Shown in pieces: positions 35,766-63,970 of a DNA stretch of 64,000 bases (within the stretch, counting starts at the first letter, position 1; each line of letters opens with the position of its first letter). A program made the position numbers and the translations under genes. The DNA is from Zygnema circumcarinatum SAG 698-1b (taxonomy: Eukaryota; Plantae; Zygnematophyceae): assembly GCA_037447605.1 (NCBI GenBank), contig CM074821.1, positions 930,001-994,000 on the forward strand. Direction: 5' to 3'. The notes below the pieces were generated by a model, which ran no database searches, was not told the DNA's origin, and was given only the letters and a program-made list of their open reading frames with translations.

Positions 35766-36859
35766 CTCGCCAGTAAAGGCTACCCTAATCGTCTAAATGA
35801 TCAAATCGTTCTAACCTGTCCTCAAAGGGCTTCTGAACCAAGCAACCCTGCAAATTCACTCCATACCCATCATCATGTTGTGCATTCCATCCGGGCACGC
35901 CCACCTGAATCGCCAACATGATCTCGCCTGCGATGGGAATTTTAAGATTCTCTTTTGCCGTGACGAACATGGGCAGGTGTGCAAAGAATAGGAAAACTGG
36001 GTCGATAAAGGAACAGTGATTGGAGACAAGAATTGGCGCTACGTCCCTTGGAGCTTGCTTGCCCTTCACTTTTATCCAGTTGTACCCGCAGACAAGGAGG
36101 ACTCCGCGAGCACATAGGCGGACAGGCAAGAGGAGGTTACGCCTCCACTGGGGGAAAGGCCTGCAGTAGCATCAGGAAGGTTAAAACTGTTTTTTTTTTT
36201 AATTCATCAAGGCAACGGGTGAGAGAAAGGCATACGAAAGAACATAGAGAGAACGGAAAAAGAAGAGAGGCATGGGATTGTCAGATGCCCAGGAGAGATG
36301 AGCGAATTGTGTTTGGACCTGAAGGGGATGAAATGGAAGGTTTTGAGAAAACGAAGGTGAAGGAGTGAGGAGGGATGGGAAACGGCGAGAGAGAGAGAGA
36401 GGAAGGACGAAAGAAGTGGAAAAATTGTGCGATGAGAAAAGGAAAGGTGGGGACGAGAGGAAGTTAGAGGAAGAAAAAACAAGAACGTTATAAGGGGAGA
36501 AAAGCAAATGCCTCGACTAGAAAAGCCATAAACGAAACTTTCAGCTCCAACGGTTTGAAAAGAGGCTAAGGTTCAGAATTTAGACTGTACTTGGTCAAAA
36601 CATCCTTCGCTCCCAGCATCGCAACCTTGGCTGTAATGTATCCGACTAAAAAACACAGCAGGAGGAGCACCACGCGCAGCAGGAATATAGGCGTCATCAG
36701 GACCATCTTCAGCATTTCCCCCGCACCATCCATAGGAACACTGTTGTTCTTAAAGGGATTGAAGGGCATTTCGCTTGAAACGAAAGGCGGCGTTCCCAAA
36801 GGAAACTCCGCCATGGCATCTTTCTCCCTGCCATTCTGCCGGCCCTCGCCCGCCACCAT
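32855..36859 (-). CDS. LPEAT2: Lysophospholipid acyltransferase LPEAT2/LPCAT-type with C-terminal EF-hands, multi-exon
   Basis: TM segment MVLMTPIFLLRVVLLLLCFLVGY; APILVSNHCSFIDPVF (HxxxxD); VALFPEATTTNGRALVSFKAGAF; PIQPVIVRYP; EF-hand-like loops DGTGNGLI, DTSDRGHINFRE, DADKDGVLNAEDV, NGSKSGAVTADDV. Start is either 36859 or 36814. Confidence 0.92.
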
Positions 36860-37262
36860 GGCGGCCGCAGCTGTTGCTGAGAGCGCAGCCTTCTTGCAAC
36901 CCTAATCCTTCAAACCCTAAAATTGCCAGGGCCTCAGCCGGGGAGGGAGGGAGGGTCGAACTCTAAAATTCTGAAGGCCTGCAACTGCTGCCGCTGGCGA
37001 GGGAGGGTCGTGACCGGTCTTCGCTGACGAAGTCCAGCCAATCAGGACATGTCACGTCATCCAGATAATACATGTGGTAGACTCCGATTGGACCCCGGTC
37101 TCGGCCGTACACCCTTGAATATGGTGGCACTCCCAGTTTCAATCTGCCAGGTGGTAGCCTCTCATTGGCTCCGCACTTTTTTTTGTTCCTAGTTTTTTTT
37201 TCACGATATCTTCAATATATTTTTCGCCAGCGACCCCGCGGAGGAGGGCCCATCCAGCTGCT

Positions 37263-37320
37263 GCCACGTGGGCCGAATCACCACGTGGCAGCAAGTGGAG
37301 CGCTTCAAGCGACCACGTGG
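37263..37320. promoter_or_regulatory. Three G-box/ABRE-like CCACGTGG motifs upstream of LPEAT2
   Basis: CCACGTGG at ~37264, 37281 and 37313. Confidence 0.45.
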
Positions 37321-38150
37321 CGGCATGGAGCGCTCTGAACGGAACTGGTTTGGGGCCGTTTCCATGTGCCCAGGGCCGGGGGGGTTCGTAGCGACGTTAC
37401 GTGACGTTACGTGACTTGGTTTGACTTGACTTGACTTGACTTGATTATATTTTTTGTTCATCTTCTTCTTCTTCTTCCTCTACTTCTTGGTCTCTGTGGT
37501 TGGGTGCTTTGATGGCATGGCATGGCAAGGGGCGGATGCAGGGTTGTAGTTCAAGGTGACTGAGGTCCAAGGTTTTATTTTTTTTGGGGGGGGAGGGGGG
37601 GGGAGGGAGGGAATGATCCTGAAATTTGAGTGTGTATTTTTGCTATTCAACCTTCAAAGGCGATCGGTTGCTCGCAACCTTTCAACATTTGAGGGAGGGC
37701 GAGCCCCCCAAAAGGCCCCTACTGCAGACCCGCCCGTGCTCATGGCGCCGTCCGCATGGTCCAGCCCCTCGCTCGCTGAGGACCATCTTATCTATGTGTC
37801 CACCGTCCATAGTCAATTGTTCCATGGAACGCTGAGGTTCGACATGTGGCACTGGTTGAAGCATGCAGCTGTTGGCGGCAGGCTCTGTCTGGCGAGATAG
37901 CGCCGCCTGACATTTCGGAAGCACAGTGAACCTAACAGATATGTCAGACGAGCTAGAGATTGTTATCGCGTGCTCCAACATGCCCAATACCTTGTAGTAC
38001 TCCACCTAGGCAAGAAGACGAACGAGTTGATGTGAACTCGTACATTTTTCCACCTATTACTACCACGTATTCCCCCTTAGGTTTGCATTTTATTTGCCCC
38101 GGCCTTTCTCGTGTCAAGGAAACTGCTATGGGATTCATTTATGACTAGTG

Positions 38151-38276
38151 AGGGGTGTCAGACTTAACGAAATCTTACGAAAAAAAAAGTTACTGAAATA
38201 CTCCCTTACGAGCGTACACCGCAGTACCCGCTTTGGTGTCAAACTTACCAACTTCTTGTTAAGTCTGACATGCCCT
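38151..38276. mobile_element. MITE-like TIR element, copy 2 (shorter, same family as 8315-8538)
   Basis: AGGGGTGTCAGACTTAAC...GTTAAGTCTGACATGCCCT inverted ends. Internal GAAATCTTA(T/C)GAAAA and TTTGGTG are shared with copy 1. TSD is unclear. Confidence 0.55.
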
Positions 38277-38741
38277 CGTGGTGGCAACTTTCTGACCAAG
38301 TCACAATTGCTTCACGAAATCTTTAGTCATGACTGACATCCCTGGCTGAGGGGTCCGTCCTTTGAATATTTTCTGTGTTTTACAACCAATCAAAAAGCCA
38401 GGAAAGCCATAACCTAAACAGGACGGGCCCATTAGCCAGGTACAGTCATGACTAGTACTTCCTTTTGAGAATTAACAGTCACAGTCGAAGATTTCCCCAC
38501 ATCCACACAAACGGACCACCACCCAACGTTCAAAGAAAGAAATGTTGAATTGGCACGTCGCAAAAAAGCAGAGCATGAATGGTACAATATGTACACAAAG
38601 ACGAGGCCCAAACCCCTCCGAAATGAATCTCCCACTGAGAGCTCGACCCTGTCCTCGCCACTGCCCTTATCTGCGACCATCCTCCGTTTATTCTTCTTTT
38701 TTTTTTCTTTAATGAATACCCTCCCCTCCCCTCCCCTCCCC

Positions 38742-52818
<14,077 letters not shown>

Positions 52819-55254
52819 GGCCAGCCGAGCGGAGCTCTGTCCCCCCCCGAGGTCAGGCCGCCATGGCTGCCACACCTGCTACTGCAGGGGAAGCTCCGTA
52901 CAGTCTCAACGGAAACCCTAAAAAACACGTACGAAAAGTACGAGCTTGCTGCACCTGTCCGTATGGTAGTACTAAATTGTACGGACAATGGTACAGCTCC
53001 CGGTTTGGCGGCAACGGTCATATAGGGAGCGCATTCGCCTCGCGGCCTTTTGGGGAACGTTTTTAAGTTCAGTACTTTGCATATCGCTCTTATGGGGCAC
53101 CATGCGGAAGACACGTACTGGTTTTGCTTTCACTTTGCTTAGAATTGGACGCAAAAAAGGAAAATAATTTTTGGGATTTTTTTATTTGAAAAAAAAGGTC
53201 GTTCAAATCGAAATCTGACGCCGAAGTGGCGTTCGCTTACCATCATTTTGGGCCTAGAGAAAGTTGTGCGTTGGGGCCATGTTCAAGGAGGACCTCGCTC
53301 CGAGCCGGGTCAACATTTGGGGAGAGGCAGGTCACGTGTTCGATACTCGCCTGAAAACCGCCTCGAGCGGTGGATGGTGCAGTCCTGAAGGCTCTCGCTC
53401 AATTCAACAACAACAACAACAACAACATTAGATAACAACATTGGATAACAACCTTGGACAACAACATTCAACAACATTGTTGTTGGCTCAGCAGCATTGG
53501 ACGATTAAAACTACATAAAGGTGTATGGTCCGCACGTGTCGGTTTACTGTAGTCCAATGGTGATTCGCTCTGTCTATAGATTTTAATAGGTGGGGAACTA
53601 CCATTAGTAGATGCATGAATATACTTCCTATTATTGGGTTAACGAGAGCCTCGAGACAAAATAATGGTTTTGGAGTTTGGGGCCCTACCACCCTCCAGGG
53701 AAATATGTTTTGCTTGTCAATGCGTCATGATGTTTTCAGGGGGGGGGGGGGGTTTTTTTTTCAATTGTATTCTGAGAATATACAGATGTGATTTTATTCC
53801 TCAATGCATGTAAGTGTTTATGATCTCGTGATGGCTTTGCAGAGAATTCGCAAAGGGAGGTCGGACATGAGGATGAAAGCAGTTCACAAGAGACTCTCAC
53901 AACATGCGCACAAAAGCCATTGTTCTAAGAATGGACCATCAATTTGCATTCGTTATGAATGTAGAATCTCATGGAACTTTACTTCCAGCTACAACAAATA
54001 TGAAGAAGAGCGGTGAAGGGGCCACGCTGATTGCAACTTTGCTCTTTGTGTTGTGCGCTCCCTTTAAATTAGTGCACGATCTGACTGGCGAGCGTTCCAA
54101 CATGGAACCCATTATGCCCATACCACTTCAAACTCTTACCAGGAGTTTCTTTGGCAGCCATGCGTAATAAATGTGATATTCCTCAAGAGAAATTTGCATT
54201 GGTCTCACGATGACGATGCCATCAAATGTACATGCACAACATCAACATGGGGAACTACGAGGAACCGGTCCCTTGGTGTTGTTATACCGATTTGGGTGGG
54301 TACTTCACGCTGCCGCCCGTACAAAGTGGCCCTGGCCCTCCCCTCCACACTCCCAAGCCATCCATTCCTCCGCCTCTAGCGCAGTCCATGGAGTCCTTGG
54401 AGCCACAACCCAAGTGGGCCCGTACCAGGCCGGCCCTAGCGTTGTGGTACAAGTCCCAAGTTCGCACTCATGAGTCATGACCAATGTCCGCTGAAGGACC
54501 GATCTTCAGAATATTCAGAGTATTCCATTGGCGAAAGAGACAAAAAAGGAATCAGGGCCTTCGAAAACAAACGCGCCCGTCTGAAGTCTCCGAACAGCCG
54601 CTCCCCATTCCCTCGAAAACATTTCGCGCGCTGCCCGATCCTATGCCGCCTCCTGCCCGTCGTCGTAGCTATTTTCCACGTGTCGTTCACCCATTGGCAC
54701 CTCCGTCGAGTCAACGTTACCACGTCCGCCCGCCAGCCAATCAGCGGCGAGCGGTCACTCCCCTGCCCGTCGCGGTCGGCCGCCATGTGGGGTTGGAGGC
54801 TTGGGGGGGGGCCATGGGCCGGGGCACGAAAATCCCAGAAATACCGTGACCCTCCACCGTCCCCCCTACGTCAGCGTACCACGTCACGGCCGGGGACCGG
54901 ACGGTGACTACTGGCATGGAACTCTCATGTGGAGACAAAAATTTCGTACTTCTCGTACCATTCACGCTTCCCGCATTCTTTCCGTACTGTAATGGGTCTG
55001 ATTTGAACGGTTCTATGTCGTCACGTCACGGGGCACGAAAGGGGCACGTGCCCCGGGGCACGAATTGGGCCGTGACCGTCCGTGCCGCCAACCCTACCGC
55101 CCCCTGCGCCGCTCGGGCAGCCAAAACCATTCCGGCCTGCCCTCAAAAACCTTTCCAAACATCGTACCGAAGATGTCGCCCAACCGACAGCGGGCAGATA
55201 TCAAAACATTTCTCACTGCCCGCCTCAGCCGCGCCCAGATCCCCCGATCCCCGC

Positions 55255-55595
55255 GCGCCACGTGGCTCCCTGTCCTTGCGCGGCGCCGTGACGCCCTGTC
55301 CCCCGGCGACCCCCCCACGTCCCCCCCCCGTCCCCCCCCCGGTCACCGCCGTCCGACCGGCGGTCACCGGCCGTCGCCGCGGCCCGCCGCGCACCGACAC
55401 GCCGGCCGTCACGTTTTGGCGCAACTGACCGTTGGCCCCAGCGGCCCGTTGGCCCCGGCCCGCCCACCAATCGCAGCCTGCCATGTGGACACTTAAAGCT
55501 CCACTCGGATAACGCCACGTGGAAAGTTACCAATGAATGGAGGCCACGTGGCCCTCCCAACGGACACCGGGCCCTCCGCGGGTGCCACGTGGCCG
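55255..55595. promoter_or_regulatory. G-box (GCCACGTGG) cluster in a GC-rich region upstream of the MS5-like gene
   Basis: GCCACGTGG at ~55257, 55514, 55543 and 55585. Confidence 0.45.
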
Positions 55596-55955
55596 AACGG
55601 CTACACGACGCCAGGCGGGCGAGCGGCGGCCCCCTCCGCGGGGGCGCGGCGCTTGGGACCCGTCACGTCGCGTCACGTCACGGGTCGGCGGGAGCTGGGC
55701 GGCGCCAACGGTCGCGTGCCACGCGCCCCCCCCCCCCAAGCGCGCTGCAGCCCGCGGCGCGGGCCCCTTATGAGGGGGGAGGGAGGGAGGGGGAGAGAGA
55801 GAGTGGGAGAGAGGGAGTCGAAGGGAGGGAGAGAGGTGGAGAGAGACGCTTGTACTTGAGGGGGGACTCGGAGTGGGAGGGCGAGGGAGGAAGGGAGAGA
55901 AGGGGATGCGAGGGAGCGTGTAAGTGGTGGAAGGAGATAAAGGAGGGCGAGGAGA

Positions 55956-58900
55956 ATGGCGAATATGGGGCCTCTGGGGCTGAGCAGCATGTGGGGAGAA
56001 AATTACATGGCGAGAGGGCATGCAGGTGGGAGGAGCTTGGGAGGGGGAGGGAGGCTGGGAAGCCTTCCGCCTGTTGCTCCTCTCGCCAATCAGATGCAGG
56101 GAGGGGGAAATCAGTTAAACGGAAACGGAGCAATGCAGCCACATAGAGCGCCTTTGAAGTCTGCGCCTTGCTCTCCCCAGAAAGCTCCGCCAGCTCCAAC
56201 TGCTCCTCCAATGAATGCGAGCATTGCGCAGTCGACGGGCACCCTGTCACGGGCGGAGTCGTTCCATGTCATTCACAAAGTGCCAGTTGGCGACTCGCCA
56301 TACGTCCGAGCGAAGCATGTGCAGGTGGTCCTTCCTGAACGCCTTTTAAACTTTCAAAATGCTAGTTGAATTAAGAGATTAGGAAGATGGGGAGCTCTGG
56401 TGCGGCGAAGTATAGGGAAATTAGAGAATCGAAACACTCTAAAAGCTTTAAAAGTTCGAGAACTTCTCTGATTAGGAGCCTGTTTATAGATGAACGGCAT
56501 TGGATTTGCTTGCACTCGGCAGACCCACCTCGTACCTCTTTTGAGTTCTTCAACCTCGCAGAACTGGGGTGCGGGAGTGATAGAGAGGGAGGGACGGGGG
56601 AGAGGGGGGGGGGGGGAAGGGGAGGAGAGGGGGTGGGGGAGGGGAGGAGAGAGAGAAGGGGGGGGGGGACAGTGGAGCATTCGAGGTTCAGATTTGAAAT
56701 ATAGACACTTGCCCGAGTTACGAAAATTGGCTCCAGAATTCAAATTTATTTTGTGGGGCTTCTAATGCAGCTTGTGGATAAGGACCCGGACCGCGCAATT
56801 GCTCTTTTTTGGGCCGCCATTAACGCGGGCGACCGAGTTGACAGCGCGCTGAAGGACATGGCCATTGTGATGAAGCAGCAGAACCGGCCGGAGGAGGCAA
56901 TAGAGGCCATAAAGTCACTAAGGGTGCGCTGCACAGAGCAGGCGCAGGAGTCCCTTGATAATGTGCTGCTGGACCTATACAAGGTACAACAACTCTTTAA
57001 ACTGTTGGAGATGATGAAGTTAACGCTACTTTTAATCAACTTACATGCGAATATTGAGTTTAAGTTTAAAGCAAGTCTCTTCTTTCAAGTCTCTTTCCTT
57101 GTGAAGCGCGGCTTCACTTCTGATGTTCAAGCGAGAATGTGGGGGAGTGAGAGCTTCAAAAGCTGAAAGGTTGTGACCGTGGTGTTGGGCTGAGCAGAGA
57201 TGCGGCAGACTTGATGATCAGATCCTGCTCCTTAAACATAAGCTGGACATGATTCACCAAGGCAGCGCTTTCAACGGAAAACGGACAAAAACAGCTCGCT
57301 CACAAGGAAAGAAGTTTCAAGTTTCGATCGAGCAGGAGGCCACAAGGCTACTGGTATGGCTTCATCTTGAGAACACTCCGCTTTACTTCAAGCAAGTATG
57401 TTGCATAGAGAGGGAGTGAGAGTGCGGGGCAGAGAAGCAGCAGATATTGGGGGGGGGGGGATGGACTACGAGAGCTGATCTGACTAGTTGTTACCTTTCT
57501 TTGGTGTGCAGGGAAATCTTGGATGGGCATACATGCAGCAGAACAACTTCATGGCAGCAGAAGCTGTTTACAGGTACGAGGAGGCTACAAATTTCTGGAC
57601 AAAAGGGGTAACCCATGACTGACAACTGCAGATGCGTGTTAGTAAGCACAGTTTCAACTCTTTTTGTGACGGCTAACATGGTCACGGGGAAGCGTCTGCA
57701 GAAAGGCCCTTTCAATTGAGCCGGACAACAACAAGGTCTGCAATTTGGGCATCTGTTTGATGAAGCAAAGCCGACTGGATGAGGCTCGTTCCATGCTGCA
57801 GTCAGTTACACAGACAGGAGATACGCGATGGGGCTCTGAATCACACCTGAAGGTAAGTTCTGCTCACCTTCCCCCGACACTCATTCTGGCAAAATTCGCC
57901 TAAAGGAGCTCATTTCCTGCCTGAGTTCGACTTTGCCTCTAACGGTCCCTCTCTCTCCTTCTCCCCCCCTCTCTCTCTCTCTGTCGTGTGGTTTCAGTCA
58001 TATGAACGGGCGCAGGAGATGCTGAAGGAGCTTGAAGCTTCAGCAAGCAACCGCCATGGTGGAGCTCAAGCAGGAGCCATCTCCTACTTCCAACCGCAGC
58101 AGCAGCAAGCAGAAAATTCCCAACAGGATTTCAAGGCTTCTTCTGAGCAGTGGGACCTTTGGCAGCATCAAGCCGCTCCACGACAAGTCCGGCGATCCCT
58201 AGCCATGGAGGATCAAAGCTCTGAAGCAGACAGTGAAGAGTCTAACCTCTCTCAACAGCTTTGGAGTTCAAGCATCCATGGCTTGCCGGCTAAGAACGAA
58301 GCAGGTCCACAGCGACCATTTTCATTTGAGCAGGGAGCCATATCCACGTTTGAGGCAACATCAGGGTTTGGAAGTGCATCTGGTTCAACTTCTTCCGCGG
58401 GGCTCAATAGTGGGAGCAGTGAGAGGGGGGTAGGGCCGGAGCTTTACCACTCGAGCAATTCGGCTCAGGCAGTCCAAACGGGTTCAACAGTTCAACAGCA
58501 CAAGCAGCAGCAGCAGCAGCAGAGTGGGATAACTCTGATGCAGCTCTCCCAACAGTATCACATGGCTTCCTATAATACTGCAGGCTCTGCACAGCTTGGA
58601 TTGCCTCAGAAGTTAGGAAACGGCAGTCAGGAGGGCACCAAGGGGGCTTTCAGCTTTTGGGAGGATCAATACGCCACTCCGCCGGCAGATGACTGCATCT
58701 CTCCTCCGGAGGTCGACATTGCAGTCGTTAGGAACATGGGAGAGAGCATGCAGGGAGGAGCAAGGGGGGCGATAGGAGCAGGAATGGGCATGGCGGCTGG
58801 TAGCATAGCGAACCAATCTTTCCTGCAGCAGCAGCAGCAGCAGCAGGAAGACATGGCTTGGCATGCTCAAGCTCTAAGGCTGAGATTGGAAGCTGTGCAG

Positions 58901-59917
58901 AAGCAGTGGTCCCTCTCTGCAGCACCTGTTCCTGCGGTTCAGACTGCGGTGGCTACTGGAGGCTCTCGCAGCAACGGTCTGCAGGCGGTTGGCACGCAGA
59001 AGCAGGGAGGAGTGGGAGTGGGAAATGGGCTGCGAGCAGACGCGGTGCCATTCAATTTGCCGAGAGGGCCAAGTGGGAAGGAGGTGGGCGGGAGAGGAGT
59101 GCACAGCAGGCCTCTTGAAGGAGGTCTCTCCAACAATCGCATGCCTTTGACCTTCGACCGCACGAATGAATTTGTGGCCCGACCTCCTAGCAGAACGCCC
59201 TCTCCCAACTTGGTTCTGGCCGAGGGAGATGTGAACACTATGGCAGGGTTCAACTGGAAGGTTGGAGGAGGAGGAGGAGGGTTCGGGCGCAGTGCCAACA
59301 CAGACAGCTCTTTTCTGTTCCCGACAGAGTTGGGCTCATTTTTGCCGGAGAAGAGCGGATGGAGCAGCTACCAGCCTCTCTACAAGCAGTTGCAGAACGA
59401 AAACCAGCCTGCATGGGGAGTGAACGGAGCTGGACCTCCTCAAATCCCACCAGCCCTCAGTGCAGATGACAGTAGTATGTCATGTCTGGTTGACAAGACA
59501 GGCAGCATCAGTATGCGAGGTGTGGGAGAGAACACTCTGAATAACCCTCCCCTCCTTAGCAGCCAGAAGAGGAACCGCGTGCCGACACCTGTGAAGGACA
59601 AGAAGCAGGAGGGTCAGTGGGGTGCATTAGGGTTTACTGTGAGTCCTGGGAGGCTCGACTTTGGCTCGGTCGACAGCGTTGTGAATAGTGTCATTGGGGC
59701 TGAAAGCGTCCAGTCTTCCCCTGCTGGCAAGCTGTTCCTGCAGCAGCCCTCTGACTCCGCTTCTAACACGGCGGAGACTAAGCTTGGAAGGTGGGATACC
59801 ATGTCGACTAAGGCGCAGACTGGGATGCCCGCCATGGCCACAAGCGAGATGGACGTGAAGCGCCAGCGGAGGCTGAGAATTTTCCAGGAGATGACGGTTA
59901 CAAGGGTTGCCGCGTGA
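55956..59917 (+). CDS. POLLENLESS3/MS5(TDM1)/SDI-family TPR protein with a long low-complexity C-terminal exon
   Basis: FHVIHKVPVGDSPYVRAKHVQ|LVDKDPDRAIALFWAAINAGDRVDSALKDMAIVMKQQNRPEEAIEAIKSLR...SLDNVLLDLYK|RCGRLDDQI...TKTARSQGKKFQVSIEQEATRLL|GNLGWAYMQQNNFMAAEAVYR|KALSIEPDNNKVCNLGICLMKQ; C-terminal RRLRIFQEMT motif. Confidence 0.92.
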
Positions 59918-60244
59918 GAGGGAGGCAGAGCAGCAGGGGGAGGCCGGCATCGGATACCATTGCTGGTTCGCCAACCAATGGTTGGCAACCATCGGCAATG
60001 GTTGGTTTGGTCGCGAATCAATTTGTTCGCAGCCATACCAATGGCTGGTCCAACGCTTCGTACGTCTCCATGCTGTAGTTTACAGTAACTGGACGGCCGG
60101 CTGGCCGGCTGTACGGAATTTAACTCTTTCCGTTCTTTAAACCAATAAACTGTACGATTTCGTACGAATTGTACGAACTGTACATTCTCCTGCGCGGGGC
60201 AGCCTGCGCTAAAAAATGAATGGCAGACTTAGAGCCGGCAGCCC

Positions 60245-61150
60245 ATGGCGGCGCCGGAGCAGGTGCAGGGGGAGGAGGAGCCGCTGCATGCCATGGATGT
60301 GATGAGGGAGGCGAGAGCTCATGCCTGTCTCCATGTGTTCGGGATACAAGTAGTCGAAGGTTCGCATGATTCTCGTTGTGACATCTGTACAACTGAGTTA
60401 GAAATCGGGATTTTTAGGGTTAGCGCTCCTTAGGGTTAGAAGAACTAGAGAGAAGCACTCAGCTCTGACTTTTTTCGAAACCGTTTCATAGATTCCTTTC
60501 AATTCCGCTGCAAACTGCGAAGAGATGTGGCATTGATCTCACGCTGCAAACTGTTTTAGTTCAGTACTTGCTTTACAGTCTTCAATTTCATTTGTCCATT
60601 TGTTTATGCTTCCCTCTCCTTTCCTCTCTCTGCTGTTTGCTTTGTGTACGCCTCCGTCTTCTTCCCCTATAATGAGATGCTGAGCTCATATATATGGTGG
60701 CCAAAATCAGTAGCGAAGCACTGTTCTTCAACTCTATTCTATTCCTACGTACATACGGTGGGACCATCGATATATTGTACCGTATCGAGTACCGTTATGT
60801 TCTGAATACTGCACGGAACCGTAGGCGATGTACCACAGTATACACTACAGTATGGTGCGGCAAAGTACGAGGGCGACCGCACTTCCTCGCTATGGAAGAA
60901 GAGAGATATATCCGCGTGAGTGGAAAACAAAGAAAGGCGGAGAGATAGGAGAGGACGACTGTATGCTTGCATTGTAGGCGAACATTTGCATTTTTTTAAA
61001 TTGCATTCCTTGTTGTGTATCTTTTTGTCCAATATCAAGGAATTCGAAGTCCTTAACTTCAGCTTATCGAAACTGAAGCATAGGCTGACCCCCGCTGATC
61101 TAGCACTTGTAAACAAGCAACAGTTCGCGCGTTTAATTAGCCGCTATTAG
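60245..61150 (+). CDS. Candidate orphan small spliced protein (~96 aa), function unknown
   Basis: GCCCATGGCG start context after a promoter-like GTAC cluster. A hand-built phase-consistent model is 60245-60359, 60851-60915, 61040-61150. The unspliced alternative is a 62-aa ORF with CxxC. No family recognised. Confidence 0.35.
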
Positions 61151-62486
61151 TGTGGGCTGAAAAATAGTGTGGCATTTACTTAATATATGTGATAGACTCG
61201 ATTGAGACATTCATGCTTCGATAGTCATTTATTGAAATAAGTTGAAAAAAAAAAAAAACGGCATTGACCTAACGAAATAAGTTAAAAAAGGGAAAAAATA
61301 ATGTTCAAAAGCTTCCTGTACATTTTCTATAGTACGGCATTTCAATTTCACCGCACTGAACTGTACGCTTCAGCACAGGAAGACCGATGGATCAACCAAT
61401 GGAATGGTTGCTAGCCTCTGACCTGTGACACAACCAACCAGTTGCCAATGGTTGCCCAACAATGCAAAACTTGTCATTAGTTGCAACCATTCTTTTTCGT
61501 ATTGCTGGCAATCATTAGCAATGGTTGAGCCATTGGTTAGGGAGCCTTTCTAATTTTGTTTGTTTTTTCCAACAGTGCGTGAATTTTAATTGCGATATAA
61601 CGTTCCAAACTATTGCGATGGTTGCAACCATTGCTGGGCTGACCGGCCAACGATTGGATTGATCGCCCAACCACGAAAAAATGACTTCAAGACCCAACCA
61701 GCCATTGCCAATGGTTGGAACCAGTGGCAACTAATTCAATACGGTATCGGTACTGTGGTTGCGGACCATTGGACGGCCAACCATTGCCAACCAATGGTTG
61801 GCCAACCGACCCATTGGTCCGACCTGTGCCCTTTCTCCTACAGCCCCATTGGCCATACATACAATTCAGTTCAGCCAGTACAGTTCTGCAGTTCAGTTCT
61901 GGTTCTACCTGACGCTGCATTGATGTCCTAAAAAGTTGTTACAGTTTTAAATTACAGCGCGGCGGACTAGACAACATGTAAGCAGAAATCTCAACGTGGT
62001 TCTTCGCCCTCCCTCATTATTTTCTGCTCGCCAGCCGCCAATGCCAGCCCGCCACGTAAGCGTCATATTCGTACGGACCGTCCCACCGGTTCACGTAGGG
62101 GGCCAAATCGCGAAAACGAAAAATGTGGCACCCGGGGGGCCCTTCCTCCCTCCTTGTACGACAGCCAATCGCAGGCGCACCGCACACGCGCGAACGAGCA
62201 AGACGCGCAGTCGTTCGGCGCCAACATGTGGCTGTCGGAGCCGCGCCGTTTGCGGCTCACCAGACGCAGCCAATCAGGGCCACGGAGGGGCCCCATTTGC
62301 ACGTGTGATGTACGTCGACCGTCCGATCGACCCTATCCGCCAGATGGACGGCTGAGATGTGCCTGCTGGGAGCCGGAACGCGGTACCATATCTTTGTGAG
62401 GGCCGACTAGGGGCGAGTGTAGGGATTTGGAAGGCAGGAAGCAGGACTTGGAGGGAAGAAGCAAGGAAGCAAGTAAGGAAGCAGCC

Positions 62487-63970
<1,484 letters not shown>

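Noticed and set aside
37682-38005. ORF starting MEYYKVLG, resembling a DnaJ start
   Set aside because: No HPD motif or J-domain helices follow.
60245-60433. Spt4-like C-x16-CxxC spacing in the unspliced ORF
   Set aside because: The second Cys of the first CxxC pair is missing and there is no downstream Spt4 similarity; treated as coincidence.
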